Position numbers and translations under genes: made by a program | Notes under the pieces: model-generated | Database searches by the model: none | What the model saw: the letters and a program-made list of their open reading frames with translations, nothing else | What the model was told of the DNA's origin: nothing | NCBI GenBank assembly: GCA_963847185.1 | Contig: CAWJYV010000001.1 | Coordinates: forward strand, 1-64,000 | DNA length: 64,000 nucleotides | DNA from: an uncultured Methanosarcinaceae archaeon | Lineage (GTDB): Archaea > Halobacteriota > Methanosarcinia > Methanosarcinales > Methanosarcinaceae | Direction of reading: 5' to 3' | Part shown: piece by piece, positions 1 through 11,536 of the stretch | Numbering within the stretch: position 1 is the stretch's first letter | How the letters are laid out: each line of letters begins with the position of its first letter

Positions 1-14
1 TTAAGGTGGCATAA

Positions 15-758
15 ATGCCGATTCTCAAAGTTGGTAAAACACTAATCCCTTTTGAAATATGCCACAGTGCAAAGTCAAATAGTCGGCGAGTCATTGTTAC
101 TCCAGATAAAGTGGAAGTAGTAGTCCCTATGGGTGATGATTATGACGAAATCCTATCTTTCATTCATAGTCGCAGGCAATGGGTTTATGAGAAACGCGAA
201 GAAATGATTGAAAAAGTAAGCTATTTCACCAGTGCACACCCTGAGCATTTTGTAACAGGAGCAAAAATCTTTTATCGGGGAAGACGGATGCGTCTGGAAG
301 TACGGATACATCAAGACAATTCCATTAAGGTCAAATGTCACAATGGCTTTTTAATCCATCGACCAGAAAAATGTTCGGATAGAAGTGAAGGAGGCCATTG
401 AAGAATGGTTGAAGGATCGAGTTCGTAACGATATAAATGCGTTTATAAAGATTTATTCAAAAAAAGTGGGTGTATCTCCAAAAGGACTTCGAGTTGATGC
501 GTTTAAACATCTATGGGGAAGCTGTGGTAAGAATGGAGTCATAAATCTAAACTGGCAATTAATTCTGCACCCAAATCTGTTTTAGAGTACGCAGTTGTTC
601 ATGAGCTCTGTCATTTGCAGTACCGAAACCATTCAAACGAATTCTGGTCTAAGGTAAAAAGTATTTTACCTGATTATGAGGTACAAAAGAACTGGCTTAA
701 CAGGAATGAACACCTACTTGCAACAAATCCACTTGGGATTGAGCTTAGAGTTGTTTAA
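15..758 (+). pseudogene. M48/YgjP-like (DUF45) zinc metallopeptidase, split over three frames
   Basis: ORFs 15-401 and 385-585 (WGSC...INLNWQLI) plus a third frame reading LEYAVVHELCHLQYRNHSNEFW...VV* to 758. HExxH motif present. Needs two frameshifts. Confidence 0.8.
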
Positions 759-954
759 AATCTATTATGAGGTTTTAGTGGCTAATCAATAATAGTTGAT
801 ATGCCATATTCACATGCTTGATATCTATATCCATATAGGTTTGATTTTCAGAATTATATTGGGTTATTTTGCAATTGAGGTAAAAATTCCAAATTCTAAA
901 GCTGGATGAGTACAATATGAGCAAGAGACAATTACCTTTTAATCCGATTTTTTA

Positions 955-1631
955 TTGTCTTATGATATTGAAGGACGAATTGAGCCTGTTTTTGCATTAG
1001 AACAATCAATGAGTAGTTTAGGAAATATCAATAAAGATAATTATATGAAATTTCGATATTTGCAATTAGAATTAATAGTTAAACAGTGTGAATTGATAAG
1101 TGATATTGCTGGATATATTCATTCTACAGGAGAATATTCTCAAGAACAGGATATTGCAGACAAAGAGACAATGATTGATAGGGTTTATGAATCCCTTGTT
1201 GATGTTAGAGGCAATCATATTAAAGATTTCTTCAAAAATGTGAATAATAAAGATGATCGATTTTTTTATCAAATAATGGGATATGATCTACTAGAAAAAT
1301 ATTTAGAAATTACTCCCGCAATTACTGAAGATATGATAAATACTTCAGTTAATGTTATAAAATCGATTTTTAAAGAAATGACTAATTTTTACTCCATTTT
1401 TTGGCCTGTCTATAACTCATACAAACATGGATACCGACTTTTCCTTAATAAAACGCATTGTAAAGAAATTGAGAGGTCTGGAGTAAGTGGGAAGTTAATC
1501 ATTGACTCAATTATATATGCAGATAGTAAAGGAAAAACAGCTCCAGCAATATTCTTTGATCGAAATCTAGCAACTTACAAATTAAATTATTTTTATATAC
1601 TCCAAGAAATTGTTAGTGCTTTTAATATAAG
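955..1631 (+). pseudogene. Hypothetical protein truncated by an IS701-family insertion
   Basis: ORF 955-1725 runs into the IS terminal repeat at 1632. Contains YNSYKHG, which resembles a HEPN-type motif. Confidence 0.55.
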
Positions 1632-2771
1632 TAGGACTTACGCATTTGCCTGCTTTGCAGGCAACTTTTTAATTTTTTCGATATTTAGGTTAAGGTATAG
1701 ATTGGCTTTTTTAAAAATTGACTAACAGCATTTCTTGTAATGTTCCACTTTGTTTCAAACCATGTAACTCCTGTTTTTATCCTTTGAATTTCAAATCTTA
1801 GAAATGCTCTTATTGCCATCATAATATGTGCTCTCTGCACATTGTTTCTTCTTGCCTGACAGCGTTCTACTCCACAAAACTGTTTTATTCCCCTATGATA
1901 CTCTTCAATTTTCCAGGCTTTTTTCCCTAACTCTTTCCTTTTTTCTTCTTTCATATCCAGTACATCTGTAGCCCAGTATTGCGCGTCTCCGTCCTTGGAA
2001 ACTATCCAAAATACCTTAATAAAGCCATATTCTTTCAGATGAACTGTCATTCCTTCTGGTGGAATAGTTAACAATTCAATTGCTACATTACCAGTCTTAT
2101 CAGGGTTAACTAACCGGTTTTTCTTCAACCTTGTTAACCAGTGCCATCCTTTTTTCCTGATGTCTTTGAGATTCTTTATGCTTGAATACCATGTATCAAA
2201 AAGAACAAATTCTGGTCTAAAACCACGTTCTTCTGCCTTATTTAGCATGTCAAGGAAGTGATCATTTTTTGTTTTTCCGTCAGTATCTATATCGTAAATT
2301 CTAAAGTCAACAGGAATTATAGCATCATTATATGTCCAGACAACGGTTTCAAGATTGATTCCATTTACAATCTGATGATGTTTACCACTCCATTGCCTGT
2401 AAACAAGATCGATGTGTTTGGAATAAGGTTTATCGAGAACAGTATCATCGATAATAAGAAAGCCAGTTTCAGGAATGACAAAAGTCTTGACTTCGTCCCA
2501 TAAAGCCTCCGTTTCCGGAGGCTGCCTTAGAAGAAGACGAGAAAAAGAGTCATGAGATGGACTATTAGAGTCTATAAAACTGCACTTAGAAGCTTCAGTA
2601 CAGCTGAAGACGCGAGAAGAAGCAATGAGAAAGTTGATATAATCAAGTTCAGTGCATTTAGCAGGATTTATTTAATTCAACTCAAAGATTTTTTTGATTA
2701 TATTGCATATATTATATTAAAAGATGTATTTTAATATGATTTACAAAAGTGCTTCAACCGCGTAAGTCCTA
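1632..2771 (-). mobile_element. IS701-family insertion sequence
   Basis: Terminal inverted repeats TAGGACTTACGC (1632-1643) and GCGTAAGTCCTA (2760-2771) enclose a DDE transposase. Confidence 0.85.
1685..2671 (-). CDS. IS701-family DDE transposase (~328 aa, begins at an ATA codon; may be inactive)
   Basis: The frame is open upstream of ORF 1685-2248: INPAKCTELDYINFLIA...IIDDTVLDKPYS...FDTWYSS...WKIEEYHRGIKQFCG. Confidence 0.8.
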   Translation of the reverse strand: MNPAKCTELDYINFLIASSRVFSCTEASKCSFIDSNSPSHDSFSRLLLRQPPETEALWDEVKTFVIPETGFLIIDDTVLDKPYSKHIDLVYRQWSGKHHQIVNGINLETVVWTYNDAIIPVDFRIYDIDTDGKTKNDHFLDMLNKAEERGFRPEFVLFDTWYSSIKNLKDIRKKGWHWLTRLKKNRLVNPDKTGNVAIELLTIPPEGMTVHLKEYGFIKVFWIVSKDGDAQYWATDVLDMKEEKRKELGKKAWKIEEYHRGIKQFCGVERCQARRNNVQRAHIMMAIRAFLRFEIQRIKTGVTWFETKWNITRNAVSQFLKKPIYTLT

Positions 2772-2798
2772 TTGATGAAACATGTTTCAGTACATATT

Positions 2799-2929
2799 GA
2801 GCCTATCCCAAAACCCATTTTTGTTTCCATATCTATAGGAATTTCATGACTACTTATATAATCAGTAGCTCGACTGATTATTTCAAAATCGAGATTCAAA
2901 AAGCAGTTTTTGGGTTTTGGGATCAGCTC
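2799..2929. mobile_element. MITE (~130 bp)
   Basis: TIRs GAGCCTATCCCAAAAC and GTTTTGGGATCAGCTC. A close copy lies at 33035-33164. Confidence 0.8.
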
Positions 2930-3599
2930 GAAAATAAAAATGTCAACTAATTAATGAGGGAGTGTTCATTTTCCAAGTTTCCGGTTTAAAGTGTAACTTC
3001 AGTTATTTCCAAAAAAAATACATTGTAGTGGAATAATTTGCTATTCGAAGGGATAAATAATTTTAGTTTTGGATTTTAAATATCTTTAATCTTCATTTTG
3101 GATATTTAATTTAGTATACTAAGTAAAAAAGCTGGATGCCGTAATTGAAAATAATTATAATTTGTCAGTATATTAAGCTAATATTCAGCTTTATTATTCC
3201 TTTTAATCATTAATAAAATTTATTTTTCAATATATCTAAATATTACAATCTATTTTTACCTAATCATTTGATTTATGTGCTGATTACCAAAATAAACCAT
3301 TTAAATCCTTCCTTTTATACTCTCTTTTTAAAGAAACCTATTATTTCATCTTTATAACTATTTATTTTTACTTTTCATATTTTGATTATCAACACACTAT
3401 TAATATTTATTTTAGCTGTAAGTAGCTATATATCTTTAACTTAACATGATATTATCTAATGAATGTTCTTTCAATAGTAGAAAAGAATATTCATAATAAA
3501 ACTAGACTTAAAAAATCCATCTATGTAAGGGAATCAAGTTGAGAATACACCAGCTTAAGAATTGTATTAAATCTGGGGAATAGTGGGGAATCAAGACAA

Positions 3600-5237
3600 A
3601 TGCCAAAACAAGTCTTTGACGTCATAAAAAAGGCAGGTTATCTTTTCATGGTAACCTTAATGTTATTAACACCTGCAGCTGCAGAGAGCAACGCAGGAAG
3701 CAAAAGTATTACATATGACAATGGAACGAGTTCGGGAAACTCATTTGCAGATGTCTCATTGGAAAATGTCGAATTTAACAATGTGACATTTATCAATGTT
3801 ACATTTATCAATGTTTCAATTAACACTCTCACAATTAACAATCTCACAACAGTTAGCAATGGACTGGATGCAAATGGGCAGGATGCAGGAAGTGCCGAAA
3901 ATAGCGCCGAAAATAGCGCCGAAAATTGCACCGATACCAAAGTTGTCCGTAAATTATCGAGTTCCAAGCACTCTAGTCACAGTAATGCGGCCACAGCAGC
4001 AAGTACCGCAGCAGCGAGTGCTACAGCAGCAAGTACCGCAGCAGCAAGTACTGCAGCAGCGAGTACTACACCAAGCAGTACCATAAATAGTGGAGATTAT
4101 GCAGGGAGCAGATCATATAATGGAACTAATGCAGGAAACACCGTAAATAATGGTACTTACGCAGCAGCAAACTTTAATAATGGTACGTATGCAGGAGCAA
4201 TCTTCAACTATGGAGTATACGCAGGCTCCAGATTCTATGGAGATGAAGCAGGAAACACTGAAAATAGTGGGGAATCTGCATCAAGCACCTATAATGATGC
4301 AGATGGATCAGGAAGCACCTATAATGATGGTGAGAATGCAGGCTCCAGAGCTTACGAGGGGTCAGGAGCAGGAAGCACCATAAATAACGGTGATGATGCA
4401 GGCGCCTACCACAATATTGGGGATGAATCATACGCCTACGTCAATTACGGGGATGAATCAGGTGCCAAAAATTATGTTGGGGATGAAGCAGGAAACTTCG
4501 AAAATAACGGTGAGAATGCAGGAAGCAGCTATAATGATGGTGGTACAGCAGGTGGCTACCTTAATAACGGTGAGGAATCAGGCTCCAGAAATTATGCTGA
4601 GGATTCAGGAAACACCATTAATAATGGGGGAGCTGCAGGAAGCACCTATAACAGTGGTGGTGTAGCAGGCGGTAACCTTAATAACGGTGATGGATCAGGT
4701 TCCAGAAATTATGCTGGGTCAGGAGCAGGAAGCACCATTAACAATGGGGGAGCTGCAGGAAGCACTGTAAATAATGGGGGAGCTGCAGGAAGCACAGTAA
4801 ACAATGGAGCAGTAGCAGGTTCCAGGAATTATGGGGAAAATGGAGGAGACACCATCAATAATGGAGTTGTAGCAGGAAGCACTGTAAATAACGGTGTTGT
4901 AGCAGGAAGCACCGTAAATAATGCTGAGGATGCAGGCTCCAGAAATTATGAAGAAAATGGAGGAAACACCGTAAATATTGGTGAGGATTCTGGAAGTACC
5001 ATCAATAATGGTGAGAATGCAGGAAGCACTAACAATAATGCTGAGGATGCAGGCTCCAGAAATTATGAGGAGAATGGAGGAAACACCGAAAATAATGGTG
5101 AGAATGCAGGAAGCACCAACAATAATGGTGAGAATGCAGGAAAAACCGAAAATGAAGGTGAGAATTCAGGAAGTAGAACATATAATGGGGATAATTCAGG
5201 AAATACCATAACCAACAATTATAATACAACCGTATAA
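3600..5237 (+). CDS. Secreted Asn/Gly-rich decapeptide-repeat protein (predicted beta-solenoid)
   Basis: Signal peptide (YLFMVTLMLLTPAAA), pentapeptide FxNVT repeats, an Ala/Ser/Thr linker, then more than 30 repeats of about AGSTxNNGxx. Confidence 0.85.
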   Translation: MPKQVFDVIKKAGYLFMVTLMLLTPAAAESNAGSKSITYDNGTSSGNSFADVSLENVEFNNVTFINVTFINVSINTLTINNLTTVSNGLDANGQDAGSAENSAENSAENCTDTKVVRKLSSSKHSSHSNAATAASTAAASATAASTAAASTAAASTTPSSTINSGDYAGSRSYNGTNAGNTVNNGTYAAANFNNGTYAGAIFNYGVYAGSRFYGDEAGNTENSGESASSTYNDADGSGSTYNDGENAGSRAYEGSGAGSTINNGDDAGAYHNIGDESYAYVNYGDESGAKNYVGDEAGNFENNGENAGSSYNDGGTAGGYLNNGEESGSRNYAEDSGNTINNGGAAGSTYNSGGVAGGNLNNGDGSGSRNYAGSGAGSTINNGGAAGSTVNNGGAAGSTVNNGAVAGSRNYGENGGDTINNGVVAGSTVNNGVVAGSTVNNAEDAGSRNYEENGGNTVNIGEDSGSTINNGENAGSTNNNAEDAGSRNYEENGGNTENNGENAGSTNNNGENAGKTENEGENSGSRTYNGDNSGNTITNNYNTTV

Positions 5238-5916
5238 TGAGGAAAAAATAAACGCAAAACGTAAGTATTCAGCCTGAGAAAAACGAGATCAATAGCAATC
5301 TAAATTAAGATGCAATCAGCAAATTTCAGTGGGCTGGTTCTCTTTAATTATGGGCTATTGATCAATTTTTTGGTTTTTAATTTCTCTCTCTTTTTTCTGC
5401 GAATGATCACCAAGTGATACCGCGGCTTTTTTTCTCCAGGTGCCCTAATCGCCTTCTGACTCAATGAGTTTGTTAAATTTTTCACTCTGAAATATTCATC
5501 AGGAGGATTTGTTCTTTAAGTTTTATAGAAAAGAAGGATGTAGTTAGATTGTAAAACAAATCTGGATTCCCAGATAAACCTAGATTCCCAGATGTGCAGG
5601 GAGCTTTGAGAGTGGCTTCCTGCAAAATCTCTTCATTTTAATTAAATTTTTCAAAAAATGGATTCTCTTTCTTATTTCTAACTCCTTAATCTTTTCGGTA
5701 AAGAATGGCTAAGTTGAATTATAAAGAGGCAAATGAACGAAATTTCTAATAAATGACAATTTTTTTATGGTAACCTTATCCAAATATGCTCGGATAACTC
5801 CTTTCTTCGACATCATGAGTTCAGAATTAGCGCAGAGGAGTAATTAACAATTATTAATGGAAACTATTAGAAATGTAAGTAAAATTATCTGTAAGTAAAA
5901 CATTTCACTTGACTTA

Positions 5917-6048
5917 AAGCTTATCCGAAAAGTCATTAATGCATGTCGAAAAATTATAAAAGATATATATTATTTATATCATTTTCCAGTTGTATTTATT
6001 TCTCATTGTGAAAGTTATAGTAGCTCACAATACTTTTCGGATAGGCTC
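5917..6048. mobile_element. MITE
   Basis: TIRs AAGCTTATCCGAAAAGT and ACTTTTCGGATAGGCTC. It truncates the small ORF of the left integrase module. Confidence 0.75.
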
Positions 6049-6452
6049 ACTCTATACTCTCGGGATACCGTTTGACAATATCCTGTGCTGTTGTAATATT
6101 CTTTTGAGATCTCATATAAACAATAAATTGTTGATTCCTTCCTAATGTAAGATAAGATCGTAATGATTAGATACCGTCTTTTAGAAAACAAAATTACATT
6201 GAGGCTTTAAAACAATACGTATTTATAGGATTCGACTTGCTCAAGATTTGATCTATCCCAAAGACAAAACAAGAATCGAAATAACTAAAGGGCACTGGAT
6301 TTTCCAGGTCATATAACCTTAGTAGTCTCCTATTCGATTAGCGCGTGGCTTCTAATAAGATATGCACCCAATAGGGGTTTTAGAGAAAAGTAGAAACAAT
6401 AACAATAATCACAATATATATTAATAGGAATCGCAAAAGTTGAGCAAAAAAA

Positions 6453-7648
6453 TTACTTTATTTTGGATGAAACTTTAGCTAACATAGCAGGGTCCTGTTG
6501 CAGGTATGTGAGTAAATCTGATATCAGCATTTCTTTCTCCTGTGCTGCTTCCTGTGTAACCGGCATCCCACAATCACAATACCTCATTCCCGACGGGATT
6601 GGCATACTACACCTGGCACACCTATTAATCTTGTTACCTTCCTGATCCTGAACGACTCTTATACCATAGGAGGCGAGTACGGCATTATCAATTTCTGGGT
6701 TTGACAAATGTATATACGTTTCCGTTTGGTTGCTAGACCCCGCCCAGCCAAATTGCTTCTTAAGCTGTTGTTCAGTCATTGTATTGGCGAGTCTAGTTGC
6801 CTGAGAATGGCGGAGTAAATGACAATATACATTCTTCTTAATCCCTGCTTTCTTGGCCGCCTTCTTCAACAACAGATTCATTGAAATAACCCTTAATGGC
6901 GTGTGCACACGGGGTTCGTCCTTAGCCTGCTTCTTTTTATTCTTACTATGACTGCTATCATTATACTCTCTAGCTGTAGTGAATAAGGGAGCTTGGGGTC
7001 AGTTGCATTCGGGTGATCAACAAGCCACTGCTTAAGGTACACCTGGTACTTATGCAACAATACCTGTCTCTTTCCTGTCTTCCCATTAAGTGTTATATGG
7101 AATCCGTAGGGGTGGTCTTTCACATCGCCTATTTTGCAGTTTTGAATTTCTCCAACTCTTGCTCCCAGCTCATAAATAATGGCTACCAATGCTTTATCCC
7201 GGATACCAATACAACACGCAATTATTTTCTCAACTTCTTCCTCACTCAGGATATCTTCCGACTCTAATTTTTTACCTTCAACTCTAGCAAATCCGAACTT
7301 TGCAAGCTCAATTAGCTCTTTATTATCAGTGCTTGCACCATATCCTTTTAGAAACCTTTGAAACGTAATTTTGTACTGCATCTTACTTGTAGCACTGGCA
7401 GGCTTCCCATTTTTCTTTGTCCAATCATTGATTGCATCTTGAATATCATTAACATCCTTCTTGGTCAACTTGTCCAGGTCGGTCTTAGTATGTGTCAACA
7501 GGAACCGCAAAAAATGCTCATTATTGCGAACGGTAGCTTCCTTCAAACCACTACGATTCAGATCCTTTAGATATTCAAGGACAATGCTCTGGTTCTGTTC
7601 GGAGATATTATTCTCAATACAAAAGTTAACTATATTATGCGTATCCAT
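6453..7648 (-). pseudogene. Tyrosine integrase, frameshifted copy
   Basis: ORFs 6893-7756 and 6453-6908 together match the intact copy at 61369-62565. One base is missing in the G-run near 6995 (DPQAPLF becomes DPKLPYS). Confidence 0.9.
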
Positions 7649-8157
7649 AGAAGCTTTCTCCAATTTATAATTATACAACGCATAATATATATAAGATTGG
7701 ATAATGTATATTATTACATGGTTTTTGGGAAGGAAATGATTAATATTACTAAACATTTGTAAATAAATTACTTTTAGGAGTAGAGGGTTTTGGGGGTGGT
7801 AGGCAAAATAACCTTTACAATAAAATTTAGTTCATAGAGTTTTAAGTAAGCTAGCTTCCATATGAAATTTAATAAGCGTGTGACGTCGTGCCAGTCTAAA
7901 CACTTGTAGAAGAGATTGTCCTCGGGATATGTAGAATAGACTGTCCCCCGCACCTGTTCTTAATTTATACCTGTGACTGTAGTCGGGCAGCTCGGAGACA
8001 TAATAATATAGGAAGTAAAGCAAGTCAAGTAGTACAAGATATTCTAAAATGTATGAAAAGCAGTATATTATTTCTCGACATAACATACTACTATATTCTA
8101 ATATGTGTTATACAACTAAAATTTATGTAAATGGGTTTATAGTTTAATATGTTGACA

Positions 8158-8703
8158 TTAAGCTAACGTAGCCGCTTCCTTCTTTCTTCGTCGGCTTTCA
8201 GGTATTGAATTGTGATGTTTTAAGCTATTTTCAATATAAAGCACATATTCTACTTTATCAAGCCCAAATTCCCTCCCATATTTGTTGATTTTCATATATG
8301 GAAGTAGTTGTTCAGGTTGCACTTTAAGGTCTTCTTCTGTCTTTATTGCCTTTATAGGGTGATCTGGGTACTTAATGCGATTAAGTATTTTACCATCTTT
8401 TATTCTATTAAGGTAGTCTACGTATGCCTCTATACCCTTCTGTGTGATCCTGTACCTGTAAAGTCCGTTAGGACCCTTCTTAGCTAATCGCTGAATATAA
8501 GGCAAAGTAATGATCTTACCATTTCTTTTTTGTAGCTTCTGATAATGCGACATTGCACTAGAAATGTTAGTATAATGAATACCTGTTTGATATTCAATAT
8601 CACGTACAGTCATTGGTTTATTGGACTTGTATAGGGCTTCTAATATTCTAAACTTCAAAGCATTAAATTTGTGAGAATATCCAAGTGTGACTATATTAAC
8701 CAC
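8158..8703 (-). CDS. Winged-helix DNA-binding protein, paralog 1 of 4
   Basis: LKFRILEALY...TVRDIE...TGI...ISSAMS...GPNGLYRYRITQKG, a helix-turn-helix plus wing pattern. Confidence 0.75.
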   Translation of the reverse strand: MVNIVTLGYSHKFNALKFRILEALYKSNKPMTVRDIEYQTGIHYTNISSAMSHYQKLQKRNGKIITLPYIQRLAKKGPNGLYRYRITQKGIEAYVDYLNRIKDGKILNRIKYPDHPIKAIKTEEDLKVQPEQLLPYMKINKYGREFGLDKVEYVLYIENSLKHHNSIPESRRRKKEAATLA

Positions 8704-9174
8704 CTAAACATATTAGATATAAACCAATATACTTCGCCTCGATAATAATGGTTTGTTCGTTTCGATAAGAACAAATTATAAAATGTTTCTTTCAGGATAT
8801 GTTTAGTACTATGCCAGATTTAACGTATCCCAACCCGTTTTACGGATCTCCAATAATTTGGGAGATATAAGTGCCTTAGAAGAAGCTAAAAGCTTGGCTG
8901 CAAGGCTTAGCGTGGCTTCCAGTAATAAGTATGTAGAAGGTTCGGGAAATATTCAGGATGCGATATCCTCAATATAGTGTTTTTAGTGTCACCTCTGAAT
9001 TTTATGCGTTTAGTTTAGCCCTTCCATAAAAACAACATACAGAAGCCTAATTCATTTCTAAAAACAACTTTAGTTAAAAATTAATCAAAAACAAAAAGTA
9101 CTTTATGATGTGACATGCATCAATATTATCGACTTTTTGATTGTTACACAATCAATCTTCTAGGGAGTCTAATC

Positions 9175-10977
9175 ATGCCAGAGCATCAGCAAACTCAAAA
9201 GTCCACAGAATCACAAACTACTTTTCAAAAGCAAGTGACCCCCACAAAGCAGACCCTCATTTCAAACCCGATGACTATCATTCAGCGTGCCAGAATCAAC
9301 CCTAAATCTCTCACCCACGCGGACGTAATGCAACTACAGCGCACTATTGGGAACAGGGCAGTTGGTACGTTGCTGTCAGAAATTGGGCTTATTCCTTCAA
9401 AGGCTGAGCAGGCACCGCTTGTTCAGATGCAGACAATACCTGAGGATGTATCAATTTGTCCTTCTTGCTTGCAGAAGCAAGAAATCAAAGAAGAGAAAGA
9501 ACCGCTTCAAGGCAAAATGATACATCCTCTTCAAAGGCAAGAAATTCCTGAGGAAGAAGAGCTTCTTCAGAGAAAGAGGGAGAACCGCACAGGCATGCCT
9601 GATAATTTGAAAGCTGGCGTGGAAAACTTGTCCGGGATAAATATGAGTGATGTGAAGGTGCATTATAATTCAAATAAGCCAGCAGAAGTCGGAGCTTTGG
9701 CGTATACTCAGGGAACAGATATTCATGTAGCTCCAGGGCAGGAGAGGCATTTGCCACATGAAGCGTGGCATGTGGTGCAACAGGTACAGGGTAGGGTTAA
9801 ACCGACAATGCAGATGAAAGGGCTTGGCATTAGCGATGACCCGTCGCTGGAGCAAGAAGCCGATATGATGGGAGAAAGGGCAGCACATATGAGGCTTGGT
9901 CCTGCTCCTTCGCGAGTTACTAATGATCATAAAGGGTTGGACATGGCAACCTATGAATCAGAAGGTATTGTGCAACGTATGCACGCCGTCGGAACCGATG
10001 TAATCATGGAACCTGAACCTGTTGGAAAAACGCACTGGAAAATGGCAGACAAAGATACGAAAGGCCTCGGTGACGAAGTAGATGATATTGTTGGAGTTAC
10101 TGGGATTTTTCAGGGGCCCTTTACTAAGATTCGGGTGGACACACTGAATATGTGGCGTGCCCATGGGGTGGCTAAAAGATTTGGTGGCTCGGGAAGAGCC
10201 GACAATGTGGGATGGTGGCCAGGTGACATTGAAGAACAGTGGGGTTACGAGGAATGGAAAGTAGCCGGTGTTAAAAACGAAGACCATGGATTGAGCAAAG
10301 AATGGGCAGTTGGACAAGGTGAAACAGGGGAGTATCATGTTAACCGCACGCTTTTGGATGGAGAGACAATCTTGAGACAATACAGAAACCCGATCATCTC
10401 TGCCATTAACTGGGGATATAACAATGATAGGGAAGCATGGCGGCAAGTAATTGAAAACTGTGGAAAAATGAATAGAGAAGATATTGCAACAGATAATATG
10501 AAAGAATTGAATGCTTATAAGGCCCAAATGATGGACTCAGATATTAATGTCATTAATCAGTGGTTTGAACAATATTTCAGACCTTCTGCATTTTTGGTTA
10601 TTGGAAATATGACTCTGCGTTACACCGAGATCACTGCAGGAAAAAACCAAAGACCCGGAGTAAAAGAATGGCAACGTAAGGATACGCATATCGTAGGGGG
10701 TAGACCATGGAATGGACGCCCAAAGGAGAATCCCAGTTACCCACGAAACGTTGAATACACTGCCACTAATTCCAGTATTGCAAACTTATGCATCATTACT
10801 AATAATCAAGTCATTTGGGAAGCCCTTGTAAAATCTGAAGCCATTACGCCTTACCATGGGATACCGGCACCTAGGTTGGAAAATGTAGAACGTATAAAAC
10901 TTTGCGATAAAGAAGGAAATAATATTAATTTTTATCCCAAACGCTGTATCTCTGGATTTGGTATAGAGATTCCATAA
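9175..10977 (+). CDS. DUF4157 (eCIS-associated core) protein with a putative C-terminal nuclease/toxin region
   Basis: LQRTIGNRAV, GALAYTQGTDIH, HLPHEAWHVVQQ, LEQEAD. C-terminal RAHGVAKRFGGSGRADNV. Probable start MPEHQQ at 9175. Confidence 0.85.
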   Translation: MPEHQQTQKSTESQTTFQKQVTPTKQTLISNPMTIIQRARINPKSLTHADVMQLQRTIGNRAVGTLLSEIGLIPSKAEQAPLVQMQTIPEDVSICPSCLQKQEIKEEKEPLQGKMIHPLQRQEIPEEEELLQRKRENRTGMPDNLKAGVENLSGINMSDVKVHYNSNKPAEVGALAYTQGTDIHVAPGQERHLPHEAWHVVQQVQGRVKPTMQMKGLGISDDPSLEQEADMMGERAAHMRLGPAPSRVTNDHKGLDMATYESEGIVQRMHAVGTDVIMEPEPVGKTHWKMADKDTKGLGDEVDDIVGVTGIFQGPFTKIRVDTLNMWRAHGVAKRFGGSGRADNVGWWPGDIEEQWGYEEWKVAGVKNEDHGLSKEWAVGQGETGEYHVNRTLLDGETILRQYRNPIISAINWGYNNDREAWRQVIENCGKMNREDIATDNMKELNAYKAQMMDSDINVINQWFEQYFRPSAFLVIGNMTLRYTEITAGKNQRPGVKEWQRKDTHIVGGRPWNGRPKENPSYPRNVEYTATNSSIANLCIITNNQVIWEALVKSEAITPYHGIPAPRLENVERIKLCDKEGNNINFYPKRCISGFGIEIP

Positions 10978-11027
10978 GGAAATTATTAAAAAATAGGTAT
11001 GCACCATAATGTTCCCTATTGTTTGGA

Positions 11028-11285
11028 CTACAGAAGACCTGAAAATGCAGAGGAAATTGTGGCACGTTGAACACCTGTTATTTTTTCAATATCCCGTGTA
11101 GTCAGTGGTTTTTTATCTTCTAACCATGCGTTATACAACGCTTCTAATATACGGAACTTTAAGAAATTTGGTTTATGAGCGTACCCGATTTTCACGATAT
11201 TTCTCACCTGAAAGATTTGTGTGAAAATTAATATCGGGAGCCTCGATAATAAACGTTTGTTCGTTTCCGTTATCGATAGGCACAA
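11028..11285 (-). pseudogene. Truncated winged-helix paralog 2
   Basis: Nearly identical to the N-terminus of 63084-63710 (KIGYAHKPNFLKFRILEALYN); ends after ISSA. Confidence 0.8.
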
Positions 11286-11536
11286 TAAATATTAATAGGG
11301 TTACTCAAACACTATTTTCAGTATATGATAAAGCAAAGTTTCGACTTTTTGACTTTACATTTATCCCTGTATAATTCCCTTAATACAAGTTCTTAAATCA
11401 CGGAGATATAAATTGCCTAAGAAAAGTATTTACGCTTGGCTGCGAGGCTTAGCGTGGGTTGTGGTAATAAGTATGTAGAATAGAGGTCAGGTAGGATAAA
11501 CTATCATTATTACTCATACTTTTACAGACCTTTCAA

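Larger units (their letters stand above)
6049..8945. repeat. Left copy of a ~2.9-kb direct repeat (small ORF, integrase, wHTH module)
   Basis: Colinear with about 60970-63920. Non-coding parts are nearly identical; the integrase carries many silent differences. Confidence 0.9.

Noticed and set aside
3638-5229. Overlapping Met/Gln-rich and His-rich ORFs
   Set aside because: Alternative-frame shadows of the repeat protein.
3600-5237. Ice-nucleation protein InaZ ortholog
   Set aside because: The period is 10 aa, not the 8/16-aa AGYGSTxT repeat.
6453-7756. SSV-type integrase split by integration
   Set aside because: The two ORFs are contiguous and explained by a 1-bp deletion relative to the intact copy.
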